Shown here piece by piece: positions 48,201-57,344 of a stretch of 64,000 bases of DNA. This DNA is from Candidatus Poseidoniaceae archaeon (lineage in GTDB: Archaea; Thermoplasmatota; Poseidoniia; Poseidoniales; Poseidoniaceae). The notes under the pieces were generated by a model. The model saw only the letters and a list, made by a program, of their open reading frames with translations. It was not told where the DNA came from and made no database searches. A program made the position numbers and the translations under genes. Location of the stretch: the NCBI GenBank assembly GCA_049438185.1, contig JBMTJI010000006.1:10859-74858 (forward strand), read 5' to 3'. Within the stretch, counting starts at the first letter, position 1; the number at the start of each line of letters is the position of its first letter.

Positions 48201-50570
48201 GACGTCAATGTCTCCGAACAATACTTCATTCTTGGCTTCTCTCATAAGCAGCGAGTTTTCCATTGTTCGATGTCTTGTAAGCAAAGCCTCTGCCTTTTGT
48301 TGGAATTGTTGCGGACTAATTTCTTCTGCACCAACACGTTTTGGAATGATCATCGAACGTCCAGCAACTTCTCGAAATCGCTTTGCAAAAATTTGTGTGT
48401 TGATGATGTATCGTTCAATTACTTCGATATGGTTGTTTGAACGGAATGCTTCGTACAATTGTCCTGGGTCGACTTCTTGAGCCGTTCGAATCAGTAACCC
48501 ATTCTCATCAAAAGACAGTTCGATGACACTCACGCCAGAAGTTTCTGCAATTCCGGCCATAAAATAACCAAGTGCAGTATTGAATGCACGTCCCCTACAT
48601 GTCGTAATCAAGTACGCTGGATGTCCTGTGCCGATGATTTGTTCGATAAGGATACGATTTGCCTCAGGAACCTGGAAACTATCGATGGTGTGTTCTTCCA
48701 GATGACGGGCGATTGCATTCGAAACAGGTGTAGAGAGGCCATATGCGTCACGAAGGACAACGCGCGGGTCTTCCTCCCTGCGTAATGAAATCATGCAGTG
48801 TTGAATCAAGGAGAGAAGTGATGATGACAATTCACGGCTCCTTGACCTTGCTTCACCTGACCACGATGGGACTGTTGGTCTGTATCCGGTGACACTTGAC
48901 ACATTGACACGGGTACCCTGAATGTTGGTAACCCGATAGGTGGAACCACCAAGGAGGATGACGTCACCTCCCCGCAAATTCGAAACGAAGGAACCTGAAA
49001 GTTGTCCAAGAATCGACCCCTCTGCATTGAAAACCAGATAGGAATTGTCAGGAGCAATCGTACCGATGTTGGTATAATAGATCATTCGAGAATAGCCTCG
49101 TTTTCCGTACGTGTTGTCTTCCCAGTCAATCCATACACGACGTTCTTCCTCAAGCATATCCAAAACTTCAATGAAATCATCGTATTCAAAATTTCTATAA
49201 TTCCATGCACTGGAGACGATTTCAAAGGCTTCATCGATGTCGATTTCATTGATAATCACCAAACCAATGAGGAATTGTGCGACAACATCGAGACAATTTT
49301 CTGGGAAATCAAGACGATCCATATCTCCGGATTGAATGGCTGCTTGCAAGGCAGCAAGCTCAATCAAATCATCGACACTGGAAGGTAAGAATCGTGCACG
49401 AGGTATACCACCTACATGGTGTCCAGCACGTCCAATTCGTTGCAATGCTGTAGCAATGTCGCCAGGCGATCCAAGTTGAATCACCATGTCAACCGTACCG
49501 ATGTCGATACCCATTTCCAATGATGAGGATGTAACTACAGCCCTGAGGTGGCCATTTTTCAGTTGCTGCTCAACGTTGAGTCGAATCTTTTTATCCATTG
49601 AACCATGATGGCCAGCAACCAATTCACCCAAGCCAAACTCAGGACGTCGGAGTCGCTGAACAAGGGTTTCTGTCATCTTTCGGGTGTTTGCAAAGACCAG
49701 TGTGGTTGTGTGTGCTGCGATAAGATCGGCAATGACGCTGATGTTTTCATCCAAAACTTTCAGGACGGGTAAATCACTAAATTTTGGATGAGGTAGCAAA
49801 ATATCCAGATCAAGTTCTCTTGAACCAGAGACTTTTGCAATGTGGACTTGTTGTCCCTCGCCTCGTGATTCCCGATCATCACTTGCCACCAAATACTCTG
49901 CAACGGTTTCGAGCGGTTCCATGGTGGCTGAAATACCGATACGTTGTACTGGTCGTTCGAGGAGTGTGTCAAGATAAGCAAGCGTGAGTGCAAGGTGGAC
50001 ACCACGTTTGGTTGGCACCAGCGAATGCAATTCATCAATAATCATGTATTCAACATCACTTATGATTGGTTGAAACTTTGGTGAAGTAATAGCAATTGCA
50101 AGGCTTTCCGGTGTTGTGATAAGAATGTGTGGAGGATTTCGAAGCATCTTTTGCCGTTCTGATTGCGGTGTATCTCCAGTGCGCAATCCAACTCGAATTT
50201 CTTGCGCCCTGTCAGGCAAAAAGCGCTCAGAGATTTCATTCAGTGGGCCGATGAGATTCTTTTGAATATCATTTGCAAGCGCTTTGATTGGAGAAATATA
50301 CACGCAATGAATTCGCTTTTCCAATTTCCCATCAAGTGCTTTTCGTACCAGTTGATCGATAATCGTAAGGAATGCGGTCAATGTTTTTCCAGACCCTGTT
50401 GGAGAACACAACAAGAGGTGGCCACCGTCCATAATGGTTGGAATGGCTAGTTTTTGTGGCCGAGTGAAATCAGGAAATTTATCCTTGAACCAATTTCGGA
50501 CTGGTGGACACAATTTGTCCATCAGAGCATCCGTTTCGGTTGGATGTTGGAGATATGTAATCTCAGGCAT
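45279..50570 (-). CDS. lhr: Lhr-like large SF2 helicase (DEAH) with long winged-helix-rich C-terminal region
   Basis: 1763 aa. Walker A CSPTGSGKTLTAF, motif II DELH, SAT, QRIGRAGH motif VI. Long C-terminal extension as in full-length Lhr. Confidence 0.75.
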   Translation of the reverse strand: MPEITYLQHPTETDALMDKLCPPVRNWFKDKFPDFTRPQKLAIPTIMDGGHLLLCSPTGSGKTLTAFLTIIDQLVRKALDGKLEKRIHCVYISPIKALANDIQKNLIGPLNEISERFLPDRAQEIRVGLRTGDTPQSERQKMLRNPPHILITTPESLAIAITSPKFQPIISDVEYMIIDELHSLVPTKRGVHLALTLAYLDTLLERPVQRIGISATMEPLETVAEYLVASDDRESRGEGQQVHIAKVSGSRELDLDILLPHPKFSDLPVLKVLDENISVIADLIAAHTTTLVFANTRKMTETLVQRLRRPEFGLGELVAGHHGSMDKKIRLNVEQQLKNGHLRAVVTSSSLEMGIDIGTVDMVIQLGSPGDIATALQRIGRAGHHVGGIPRARFLPSSVDDLIELAALQAAIQSGDMDRLDFPENCLDVVAQFLIGLVIINEIDIDEAFEIVSSAWNYRNFEYDDFIEVLDMLEEERRVWIDWEDNTYGKRGYSRMIYYTNIGTIAPDNSYLVFNAEGSILGQLSGSFVSNLRGGDVILLGGSTYRVTNIQGTRVNVSSVTGYRPTVPSWSGEARSRSRELSSSLLSLIQHCMISLRREEDPRVVLRDAYGLSTPVSNAIARHLEEHTIDSFQVPEANRILIEQIIGTGHPAYLITTCRGRAFNTALGYFMAGIAETSGVSVIELSFDENGLLIRTAQEVDPGQLYEAFRSNNHIEVIERYIINTQIFAKRFREVAGRSMIIPKRVGAEEISPQQFQQKAEALLTRHRTMENSLLMREAKNEVLFGDIDVFGLNQFLESCIEGDARIVHTKVTIPSRLGMSLYMSAFEDLMSMKTRAFLVKDIDPEVLRRLMGTRSLATEMTKEQLDKYYTDKAPVPHSPQTLYELMQHGGGLDREFNNPLYREKLEGIDLDLIRTWVEELCKGGKITKIDGTGEPEIDGKWFNPFMAEIHGTLACLASNDSKSIVDLRDYDTKGMSFKIANEFDKTTPTKWKTVSVGDPHEALRVKVLEILGSEGPKTTEVLHQRLPFSEKSVDRIVHELETRNVLSVGFFTQTDEAELILKVDEHRITGGEEDIVEYRWIQNLVLDKSFKKYDDVFEAFNEHVLVQKQQELLYRIEDFRFKDWKDLQLDSDVVSGRLLHNRMGYTTKNNIPMLLGLKPEPWIGAMEEVVLSKLDPEENITRQELVQDFPKGEEHRQMERDVKNAISNLDRQMLFVKQFEEVIGRRRRLSLFHKVYGVYKPMDFEDALEEVVRRMGPVKASTLRFYVSRNYEDLLVALHNLETSGRISKVTALVPDTEDFYCTPTEVEMLQVPRREDRTIRILTQSDPYVSRFIWEVRSALDRGWYLPVFKGVDPVGKVLMFRVNDYLEIKDMHVPTAYFEEFCDAFLILLENHADQLVDVAVLTNVNSEPISELSKPMRDGLERIGFKQVGERMIRGGVVDPQPREIAERALFHQHHLHQETRHENETLALRKIKEIRDDFALRGRCEVFRTNLKSMASANRLHKGVNMRGHQVWAPYEYFETLLSIRGIPPEEDLVDIIDFFSSQTDPNIFKERHALTQSEFRKLVQPLIRTGHIVEDFRGGFRAVHPRTDEDPVHLRREYLRNLVKDYPVITIKQLLRLSGTPFKPEELKAVLNEFEEDGTLVKGFLIENLHEVCWGRKELLETAKTINPIRDFVLPPTDPIAPYFGDVLKEKFGFGSAYLVFRNAEPVAAFKANTRNKTIDVTDYEGSEKGWRIVKEFAWEHQMPLHTELRIGGKKIE

Positions 50571-50636
50571 ATTTTTTTCACCAATCTCAGTGGTTTGGAG
50601 GCTAGGTACGATACATATCTATGTTTCGCTTTTCCC

Positions 50637-51005
50637 TTAAGCCCAACCGAGACCCTTTTTGCCCCAGCGTTGCACGGTTTCCGTTTCAGGATTATCCGTT
50701 TCAAGCAACAATGGTGATTGTGTGGAAAGTGGTGGCATAAGAATCTCATGGAGTGCCTTTGTAGGACAAGATCCAATGCAAGAAAGACAGCCTACGCACT
50801 GAGAAGCAACAACAACAACGGGTCGCTTCTTGTGCTTCCGATCGGTTGGATTCTCTGTCAATGGGAGAAGTGCTTCAAATGGGCAATGTGGTATGCACAA
50901 ATCACATCCTGTACAATCCGCTTCGGTAATCGCTACCATGGACTGTCCCATGGAATGCCCTATGTGTTCAGGTTTTTGAATCCAAGCCTTTGTTCCAGAG
51001 GTCAA
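50637..51005 (-). CDS. 2x[4Fe-4S] ferredoxin
   Basis: CTGCDLCIPHCP and CVGCLSCIGSCP cluster motifs. 122 aa. Confidence 0.8.
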   Translation of the reverse strand: MTSGTKAWIQKPEHIGHSMGQSMVAITEADCTGCDLCIPHCPFEALLPLTENPTDRKHKKRPVVVVASQCVGCLSCIGSCPTKALHEILMPPLSTQSPLLLETDNPETETVQRWGKKGLGWA

Positions 51006-51046
51006 GTTGAAATGCCATCTCCATCAGGAAGAGATGAGGGGATTTC

Positions 51047-52723
51047 TTGTCCAAAGATGATGCACGTCTTGAACGGTTGCAAGGAATGTTGCGTCAGCGT
51101 GGTATCCTTCTGCCTGCATTCGATATGTACGGTGGTGCAAAAGGATTGTACGATTTTGGCCCAGTTGGAGGCCGACTTCGCTCTCGATTGAACCAGGTCT
51201 GGCTCGACCATTGGCTCTCAATGGGTGACATCGTGGAAATTTCTTGTCCAACCGTGACGCCATATGAAGTTCTTGAAGCGAGTGGACATGTAGGTGAATT
51301 TTCAGATTTCATGACGGTTTGCAATCAATGTGACGAGGCGAGTCGTGCTGATACCCTCTTGGAAGAACATCACCCAAATCCAGATGCATTATCAAAATCA
51401 GAATTGCAGGAGATGTTAACGATGAACAACCCGTCGTGCCCATCCTGTTCTTCATCTGATTGGAGTGAAATCGTTGCTCAAAATTTGATGTTTTCAACGA
51501 CCATCGGCGCTGGAACCTCTGGCCGTCAAGGATTTATGCGGCCAGAGACGGCTCAAGGTATGTTTACCTCGTTCCCATCGTTGTACCGACACTTCAGAGA
51601 GCGACTTCCGTTCGGTGCTGTGCAGGTTGGAAAGGGTTACAGGAATGAGATTTCTCCACGCCAAGGAATGATTCGCCTCCGTGAATTCAATATGGCTGAA
51701 TTGGAATATTTCATCGATCCCAACCAACCCATCGATCACGATTTCTCTGCATGGATGTCAACTGAGTTCAACCTCATCGATGGTGATGGAAACATGCACC
51801 AAATGACACTTGCAACAGCCGTTGAGAAGAGCTTAGTCCGACATGCTACGGTTGGTTTTTTCATGGGTAAGACCTATGATTTTCTTACTGGTGTTGGTAT
51901 CGACCCTGCTCGTTTACGATTCCGTCAACATGCTTCGGATGAGATGGCACATTACGCAACGGACTGCTGGGACGCAGAAATTGAAGGTTCGTATGGATGG
52001 ATTGAATGCGTTGGCATTGCCCATCGAGGATGTTATGATTTAGAAGCACACGAAAAGGCGACTGGAAAAACGCTTCGAGCACGACGGGAATTCTTGGAGC
52101 CTAAAATTGTCGAAATCGACGGTTGGACGATTGACGGCGGCGTTGCAGGTCCTGCCTTCCGCGCTGATGCAGGACAGGTCAAGAGCATCGTTGAAACACT
52201 CGATTCGGACGTGGATTTCCCCATTGACGTCACCCTCTCGGATGGCCGCACATTGACAGTAGGGGTAGAGCACGTTAAGCGAGTACAGAAGACCGTTAAG
52301 GAAACGGGCGAATGGTTCATTCCTCATGTTGTCGAACCTGCATTTGGAATTGACAGAATTTTATGGCATGTTCTTGATCATGCCTTTGTTGAAACAGAAA
52401 AGAGTGGCGAACCTTATCGTATGCTCAAATTATCAACCTTGATTGCGCCTATCGATGTTGCCATACTCCCACTCTTTGAGAAGGACGGTATGGGTGATTT
52501 GGCGAATCAAATCCATCGACGTTGTTGTCAAACCTCAGGGATTGTCTCCCTTTATGATGGTAGTGGATCCATCGGAAAACGATATGCTCGTGCTGATGAA
52601 ATTGGTGTTCCGATTTGCATTACGGTCGATCACCAATCCATCGAAGATGGGACGGTTACAATTCGACATCGCAACGATGGTTCACAAACGCGAATAACAA
52701 TCGATGAACTCCCATTCTTTTGA
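51047..52723 (+). CDS. glyS: Glycyl-tRNA synthetase (archaeal/eukaryal alpha2 type)
   Basis: Class II motifs. LKLSTLIAPIDVAILPL, SLYDGSGSIGKRYARADEIGVPICITVD anticodon-binding domain. 558 aa. Confidence 0.9.
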   Translation: MSKDDARLERLQGMLRQRGILLPAFDMYGGAKGLYDFGPVGGRLRSRLNQVWLDHWLSMGDIVEISCPTVTPYEVLEASGHVGEFSDFMTVCNQCDEASRADTLLEEHHPNPDALSKSELQEMLTMNNPSCPSCSSSDWSEIVAQNLMFSTTIGAGTSGRQGFMRPETAQGMFTSFPSLYRHFRERLPFGAVQVGKGYRNEISPRQGMIRLREFNMAELEYFIDPNQPIDHDFSAWMSTEFNLIDGDGNMHQMTLATAVEKSLVRHATVGFFMGKTYDFLTGVGIDPARLRFRQHASDEMAHYATDCWDAEIEGSYGWIECVGIAHRGCYDLEAHEKATGKTLRARREFLEPKIVEIDGWTIDGGVAGPAFRADAGQVKSIVETLDSDVDFPIDVTLSDGRTLTVGVEHVKRVQKTVKETGEWFIPHVVEPAFGIDRILWHVLDHAFVETEKSGEPYRMLKLSTLIAPIDVAILPLFEKDGMGDLANQIHRRCCQTSGIVSLYDGSGSIGKRYARADEIGVPICITVDHQSIEDGTVTIRHRNDGSQTRITIDELPFF

Positions 52724-52765
52724 GAGTAGAAACATCTTCAAGAACCGTCGTTAGGTTGGAAAACT

Positions 52766-54292
52766 ATGACCGGTGCTTCAGATTGGACTGAACGGCACCG
52801 CCCCACTTCGGAACACCAACTCGAAGGCAATGAAGGTCAACGACGTAAAATCCGTGAATGGCTCGATGACTGGGTCAAAGGTCAACCGAAAAAGAAAGGA
52901 ATTCTCCTCGTCGGACCTCCTGGTGTTGGAAAGACAACGGTTGCTCGTGCGATAGCTCAGGATATGGGTTGGACGGTCATTGAACTCAATGCGAGCGATG
53001 CTCGGAATGCAATTGCTATACGTAAGGCTGCAACACAATCATCAACACATCGTTCTCTGTTTCACGATCCAAACAAACCTCAGCAACGTACGCTGATTCT
53101 CTTGGACGAGGTTGATCATATTGGGGGCGGTCTACGTGCCGTGAGTGAGGATCGTATCCGGAAAGGCATTGAGGACGATGAAACCGTATCGCTCGCTGGT
53201 GATTCAGGTGGTAAAGCAGAATTGTTGCGACTTCTTGAATCAACAAAGCAACCCGTGATTTTAGCATGCAACGATGTGATGGGGCTCTGGGGACGCTCAT
53301 CATCGACATGGAGGAACACGAAAGATCGATTTAATCGTCACCTCATCACGGTCACATTCGATCGAGTTTCCGATGAAGCACTTCGCAGAATTGCTCGCCG
53401 GGTTCTCCGTGAAGAAGGCATAGGCTATACAAACGATGCAATCGATACGCTTGTTCATGGAAATCATGGGGACTTGCGCGCCTTGGTTCGCGATTTGCAA
53501 GTGCTTTCATCCGGAGACATTGAAGCACTCAACTCCGAGATGGTGAGAGAACATCTTGCAGCCGGTGTACGTGATATGACGACGGAGGTCTTTCCTGGGA
53601 TGGAATCATTGTATCGTTCGGAATCTGCAACAGATGCGGTTACCATTGGGCGCAGTATCGATAAACAACCCTCTGATTTGATGAATTGGGTGCACTGGAA
53701 CAACGCATCTCTATTCGATGAAGTTGCTATGAGGCGAGGTTCGAAGGCATTGATTCTCGCTGATCGTTCTGTTGAGAGCCGTTATCGCGACCTTGCACAT
53801 CACTCCTCATACTGGACCTTGCACTTGTCCTCCCTGTCTGCTAGCGTTGCGAACAACACGCCTTTGCCAAGCAGAATTTATCCAAGTTATCCGAATTACT
53901 TGAGGCGGTCTGGATCTTGGGCTCGTCCGGCCATCATCAATCACCTTGCAGACTTATCAAAAACCAGTAAATCAACAGTGAGAAGGGAATTCATGCCGCT
54001 CTTAAGTGCTCTACATCAAGAAAACCCAGTGTTTGGCGATCCGAATCGGTTTGAGGTATCACTTGCATTGGGACTTAGTGCCGATGAGCATGCTGCATTG
54101 TGCAATCTACCAGTCTCTCGTAAATCAACAAAGGCATTGATTCAGGCTTACGAAAAGGCAGAGGAGCAATGGAAAGATCCCGTTATAAATTCTGTACTTG
54201 AGGAGTTCCATGAAGATGTATCTGAACCGGCATCTGAGATTGAAGAAGAACCTGAATCAAAAAGAGACTCAGCTCAAAGGACCTTGTTCTGA
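52766..54292 (+). CDS. rfcL: Replication factor C large subunit
   Basis: WTERHRP...GILLVGPPGVGKTT, DEVD Walker B, SRC-like region. Acidic C-terminal tail. 508 aa. Confidence 0.8.
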   Translation: MTGASDWTERHRPTSEHQLEGNEGQRRKIREWLDDWVKGQPKKKGILLVGPPGVGKTTVARAIAQDMGWTVIELNASDARNAIAIRKAATQSSTHRSLFHDPNKPQQRTLILLDEVDHIGGGLRAVSEDRIRKGIEDDETVSLAGDSGGKAELLRLLESTKQPVILACNDVMGLWGRSSSTWRNTKDRFNRHLITVTFDRVSDEALRRIARRVLREEGIGYTNDAIDTLVHGNHGDLRALVRDLQVLSSGDIEALNSEMVREHLAAGVRDMTTEVFPGMESLYRSESATDAVTIGRSIDKQPSDLMNWVHWNNASLFDEVAMRRGSKALILADRSVESRYRDLAHHSSYWTLHLSSLSASVANNTPLPSRIYPSYPNYLRRSGSWARPAIINHLADLSKTSKSTVRREFMPLLSALHQENPVFGDPNRFEVSLALGLSADEHAALCNLPVSRKSTKALIQAYEKAEEQWKDPVINSVLEEFHEDVSEPASEIEEEPESKRDSAQRTLF

Positions 54293-55909
54293 TTCTTGAT
54301 GTGGTTCCCTTGATATCATGCGCTTGAGACGAGCCAATGCCCCTCGGGGAGCTTGATCTTTGGACTCAGACCGCCATGTATGTGGATGCAAGAGAATAAC
54401 GGCGGTTAACAATTCCAAACGACCAAACCACATCAGAATCGATGTCAACAACAGTGCTCCAGAATTGAGCCCTGCCCACGTTTCTGTAGGGCCATAATTC
54501 CCAATCGTAGGTCCAGTGTTTCCAAGACTTGATGCGACCAGTGCCAAAATAGATTCAAAATCTTCACCAGGTACAATAAAGGCGAGCAAAATCGATGATA
54601 TCGCAAACAATCCAATCCAGACGAACAACATCCCAACGATGAGTCCTAGTTGTTGATTGCCAACGACCTTTCCATTCATTCGAATGGTCTGAACCTTTCG
54701 TGGCTGCGCAATTCGAACCAATTCACGCATGGCGACTTTGAACGCCAAATTGATTCGCAGAAGTTTCAATCCACCGCTTGTACTTCCTGCAGAAGCACCA
54801 ACGATCATCAACACGAACAAGAACAAATGTGTAACAACTGGCCATTGCATGTAATCGGTCGATGTATATCCTGTCGACGTTCCAAGAGAAACAACATGGA
54901 ACAATGAATCGATGAACGAGTCGACGGTTGTGTAATCGCGTGTTGCAAGTAGCGCAATGGTGATGAACAGGAAGGTCGTGAGAATGTAAACAACATAATT
55001 TTTGAATTCCTCATCTTGAGTTGCCTTACGAAATTGCCCTTCTCGAATGAACCATAAAAGTGTGAAATTGATTCCTCCGATAAACATGAACAAGATGATG
55101 ATTAACTCAACAGTGTAGGATTCAAAATGACCGATGCTCGCATCATACGTCGAGAATCCACCTGTTGGCATCGTGGTTAATGCGTGATTGATCGAATCGA
55201 ACCAATCCATGCCACCAATCGACCACAACAGACCAAATTCAAGTAACGTAAGTGCGAGATACAGACCCCATAGCGCCAAGGCAGTTTCTTGGAGTTTCGG
55301 CTTCAACCTTGACAAGGATGGTCCCGTTAATTCCGCACGTGCGAGCGCCATCCCACCACCGATAACGCGCGACAAAATCATCATCCCAAGCATAATGATC
55401 CCCATACCTCCGAACCATTGTGTTAAGGAACGCCAAAACAACAGTCCACGGGGTTGTGAGTTGATACAATCCATTCCAGGTAGACAGTTTGGACTCATCG
55501 AGGTTGAAATAACGGTCGCTCCTGTTGTGGAGAATCCAGACATTGATTCGAACCATGCATTCACGGCTCCACGTGCAACATCTGCAAACGATGACCCATC
55601 TGTAAATGGCCCATGGAACATCCCTCCAAGCCAATACGGTAATGCTCCAATAAAGACTGCGAGAGGCCATACAAGGGCAACTGCAGCGAATGCTTCACGA
55701 TCCCGCAAACGCATGTGTGTGTTTCGTTTTGTTCCAAATCGTAACATCAAAGATCCAATGAGCAGTGATAGACCTGCTGGAATCGAGAATGCTCTTAACG
55801 CGAGTTCCCAATTGTCGAGGTAACCCGTTACGATAACACACAACAACAGAGGGACAGTTAACGCTACAAGCGTCCATCCCAGAATTAGGTTGAGTACGTC
55901 AAACCGCAT
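54269..55909 (-). CDS. trkH: TrkH/KtrB-family K+ transporter membrane subunit
   Basis: 546 aa. Repeated pore-loop segments (GFSTTGATV, TMPTGGFST, GTSTGYTSTD, GNTGPTIGNYG). 24-nt overlap with the RFC gene end. Confidence 0.85.
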   Translation of the reverse strand: MRFDVLNLILGWTLVALTVPLLLCVIVTGYLDNWELALRAFSIPAGLSLLIGSLMLRFGTKRNTHMRLRDREAFAAVALVWPLAVFIGALPYWLGGMFHGPFTDGSSFADVARGAVNAWFESMSGFSTTGATVISTSMSPNCLPGMDCINSQPRGLLFWRSLTQWFGGMGIIMLGMMILSRVIGGGMALARAELTGPSLSRLKPKLQETALALWGLYLALTLLEFGLLWSIGGMDWFDSINHALTTMPTGGFSTYDASIGHFESYTVELIIILFMFIGGINFTLLWFIREGQFRKATQDEEFKNYVVYILTTFLFITIALLATRDYTTVDSFIDSLFHVVSLGTSTGYTSTDYMQWPVVTHLFLFVLMIVGASAGSTSGGLKLLRINLAFKVAMRELVRIAQPRKVQTIRMNGKVVGNQQLGLIVGMLFVWIGLFAISSILLAFIVPGEDFESILALVASSLGNTGPTIGNYGPTETWAGLNSGALLLTSILMWFGRLELLTAVILLHPHTWRSESKDQAPRGALARLKRMISREPHQESEQGPLS

Positions 55910-55911
55910 GT

Positions 55912-57333
55912 TTACACCTTGAATCGCTTCTCAAGATCTGCGACTCGATCCGGCCGACAAAACAAGATGAGTCGGTCGCCTTCGACAATGGTCTTTTCAC
56001 GAGCAGGACGGAGCGTTTCCCAAAATCCTGCTGTGTTCCTCCGTTGAATGAAAGCGATTCGAGACCATTCTGGCAATCCGGAATTTCCAATCTTTTTTCC
56101 GGCAAATTTCGATTCCTTAGAAACGGTTTGACTGATTCCTACGACATCGGGTACGTTGGAAAGAATCGCATAAGCACCGGATGCCTTGGTGTGGATGTGA
56201 GCGAGAATATTGTCGACTGCAACACGCTTGATGTCAACTGCGAAGGTAATTCCCATTCGCTGTGTGACGGTGACAAGGTCGGAATCCTTGAGAATCAATC
56301 CAGTTCTTGTAACGCCCATGTCGTTTGCAAGAAGTGCGGCTGCAATGGATATGTGGTCATCTTCAAGAGCAGCAATTGCAATATGGTGCTCTTTGATTCC
56401 GATTTCGGTCAATATATTTCGGTCGAGGAAATCACCATGAATGACATCAAGATTAGCATGAGCCCCTATATCAGATCCAGAGAGATTGTTTGCAGTGTTC
56501 AGATTTCGCTCGATCACAGTTACATAAGCACCATTTCTGAGCCAATTCTCAGCAATTCGACGACCAACATTCGTAGCTCCGATAATAGCAACACGAGGTT
56601 GTGCTGGAAAATCAATGGATTCGTGACCAAATGCGGTCAAGATACGACTAAACGATCCGAGACCACTTGTTGCTACAGCGATACGATCCTTCGGCATCAA
56701 TGTGAAATCCTTGTTTGGGACGGTGCTTGGCTCGCCATCACGCTTTACACCGACAATAAGAGGCAATCCGCCTTCAATACCTAGACTTGCTTCTGCTAAG
56801 GTTTGGTAAATCACTTGTTCAGCATCTTTCGTTACGTTCAATTCGATGATGAATGCCTCATGACCAAACGGTATAACCTCTTCAATTGCAGAGGAGCGAA
56901 GACCGGTTGCAAGGCGTTGGATGGCTCCATCGACAGGATCGATGGCATAATCGACAGCAGCCCATCGTGAAAGATGGCCTTGTTCATGCTCTTTGACATA
57001 GGTTCTGTTTCGGAAGCGTCCGATTGACAAGAGGTTTTGCTTGATGGATACGCCATTCTGTCGTTTGTACTCATCTTCTGCAAGAGCACATGCAATGAGA
57101 TTACGGTCGTCGGAATCCGTTACTGCAACGAAGACTGTAGCATCACCGATTCCAGCCTCTTGGAGCGATTCCCGAGAAGTGATGTCACCATGAATCACTA
57201 AAGCATCCAACGACTGTGCGTTTTTGACTGCTCTCGAATCATTGTCAATCAAGACAACGTCCATGGTTTCTGCACGCATGGCTCGCGCTAATTCTGAACC
57301 AACTCGGCCAGCACCTCCAATGATTACTCGCAT
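55912..57333 (-). CDS. trkA: TrkA K+ uptake regulatory subunit (tandem RCK: 2x NAD-binding + 2x C-terminal domains)
   Basis: MRVIIGGAGRVGSELA and VAIIGATNVGRRIA Rossmann motifs. 473 aa. Confidence 0.85.
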   Translation of the reverse strand: MRVIIGGAGRVGSELARAMRAETMDVVLIDNDSRAVKNAQSLDALVIHGDITSRESLQEAGIGDATVFVAVTDSDDRNLIACALAEDEYKRQNGVSIKQNLLSIGRFRNRTYVKEHEQGHLSRWAAVDYAIDPVDGAIQRLATGLRSSAIEEVIPFGHEAFIIELNVTKDAEQVIYQTLAEASLGIEGGLPLIVGVKRDGEPSTVPNKDFTLMPKDRIAVATSGLGSFSRILTAFGHESIDFPAQPRVAIIGATNVGRRIAENWLRNGAYVTVIERNLNTANNLSGSDIGAHANLDVIHGDFLDRNILTEIGIKEHHIAIAALEDDHISIAAALLANDMGVTRTGLILKDSDLVTVTQRMGITFAVDIKRVAVDNILAHIHTKASGAYAILSNVPDVVGISQTVSKESKFAGKKIGNSGLPEWSRIAFIQRRNTAGFWETLRPAREKTIVEGDRLILFCRPDRVADLEKRFKV

Positions 57334-57344
57334 TGTTCATCACC

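Noticed and set aside
55188-56784. 211-aa and 246-aa plus-strand ORFs
   Set aside because: Antisense to trkH and trkA respectively. No recognisable domains.
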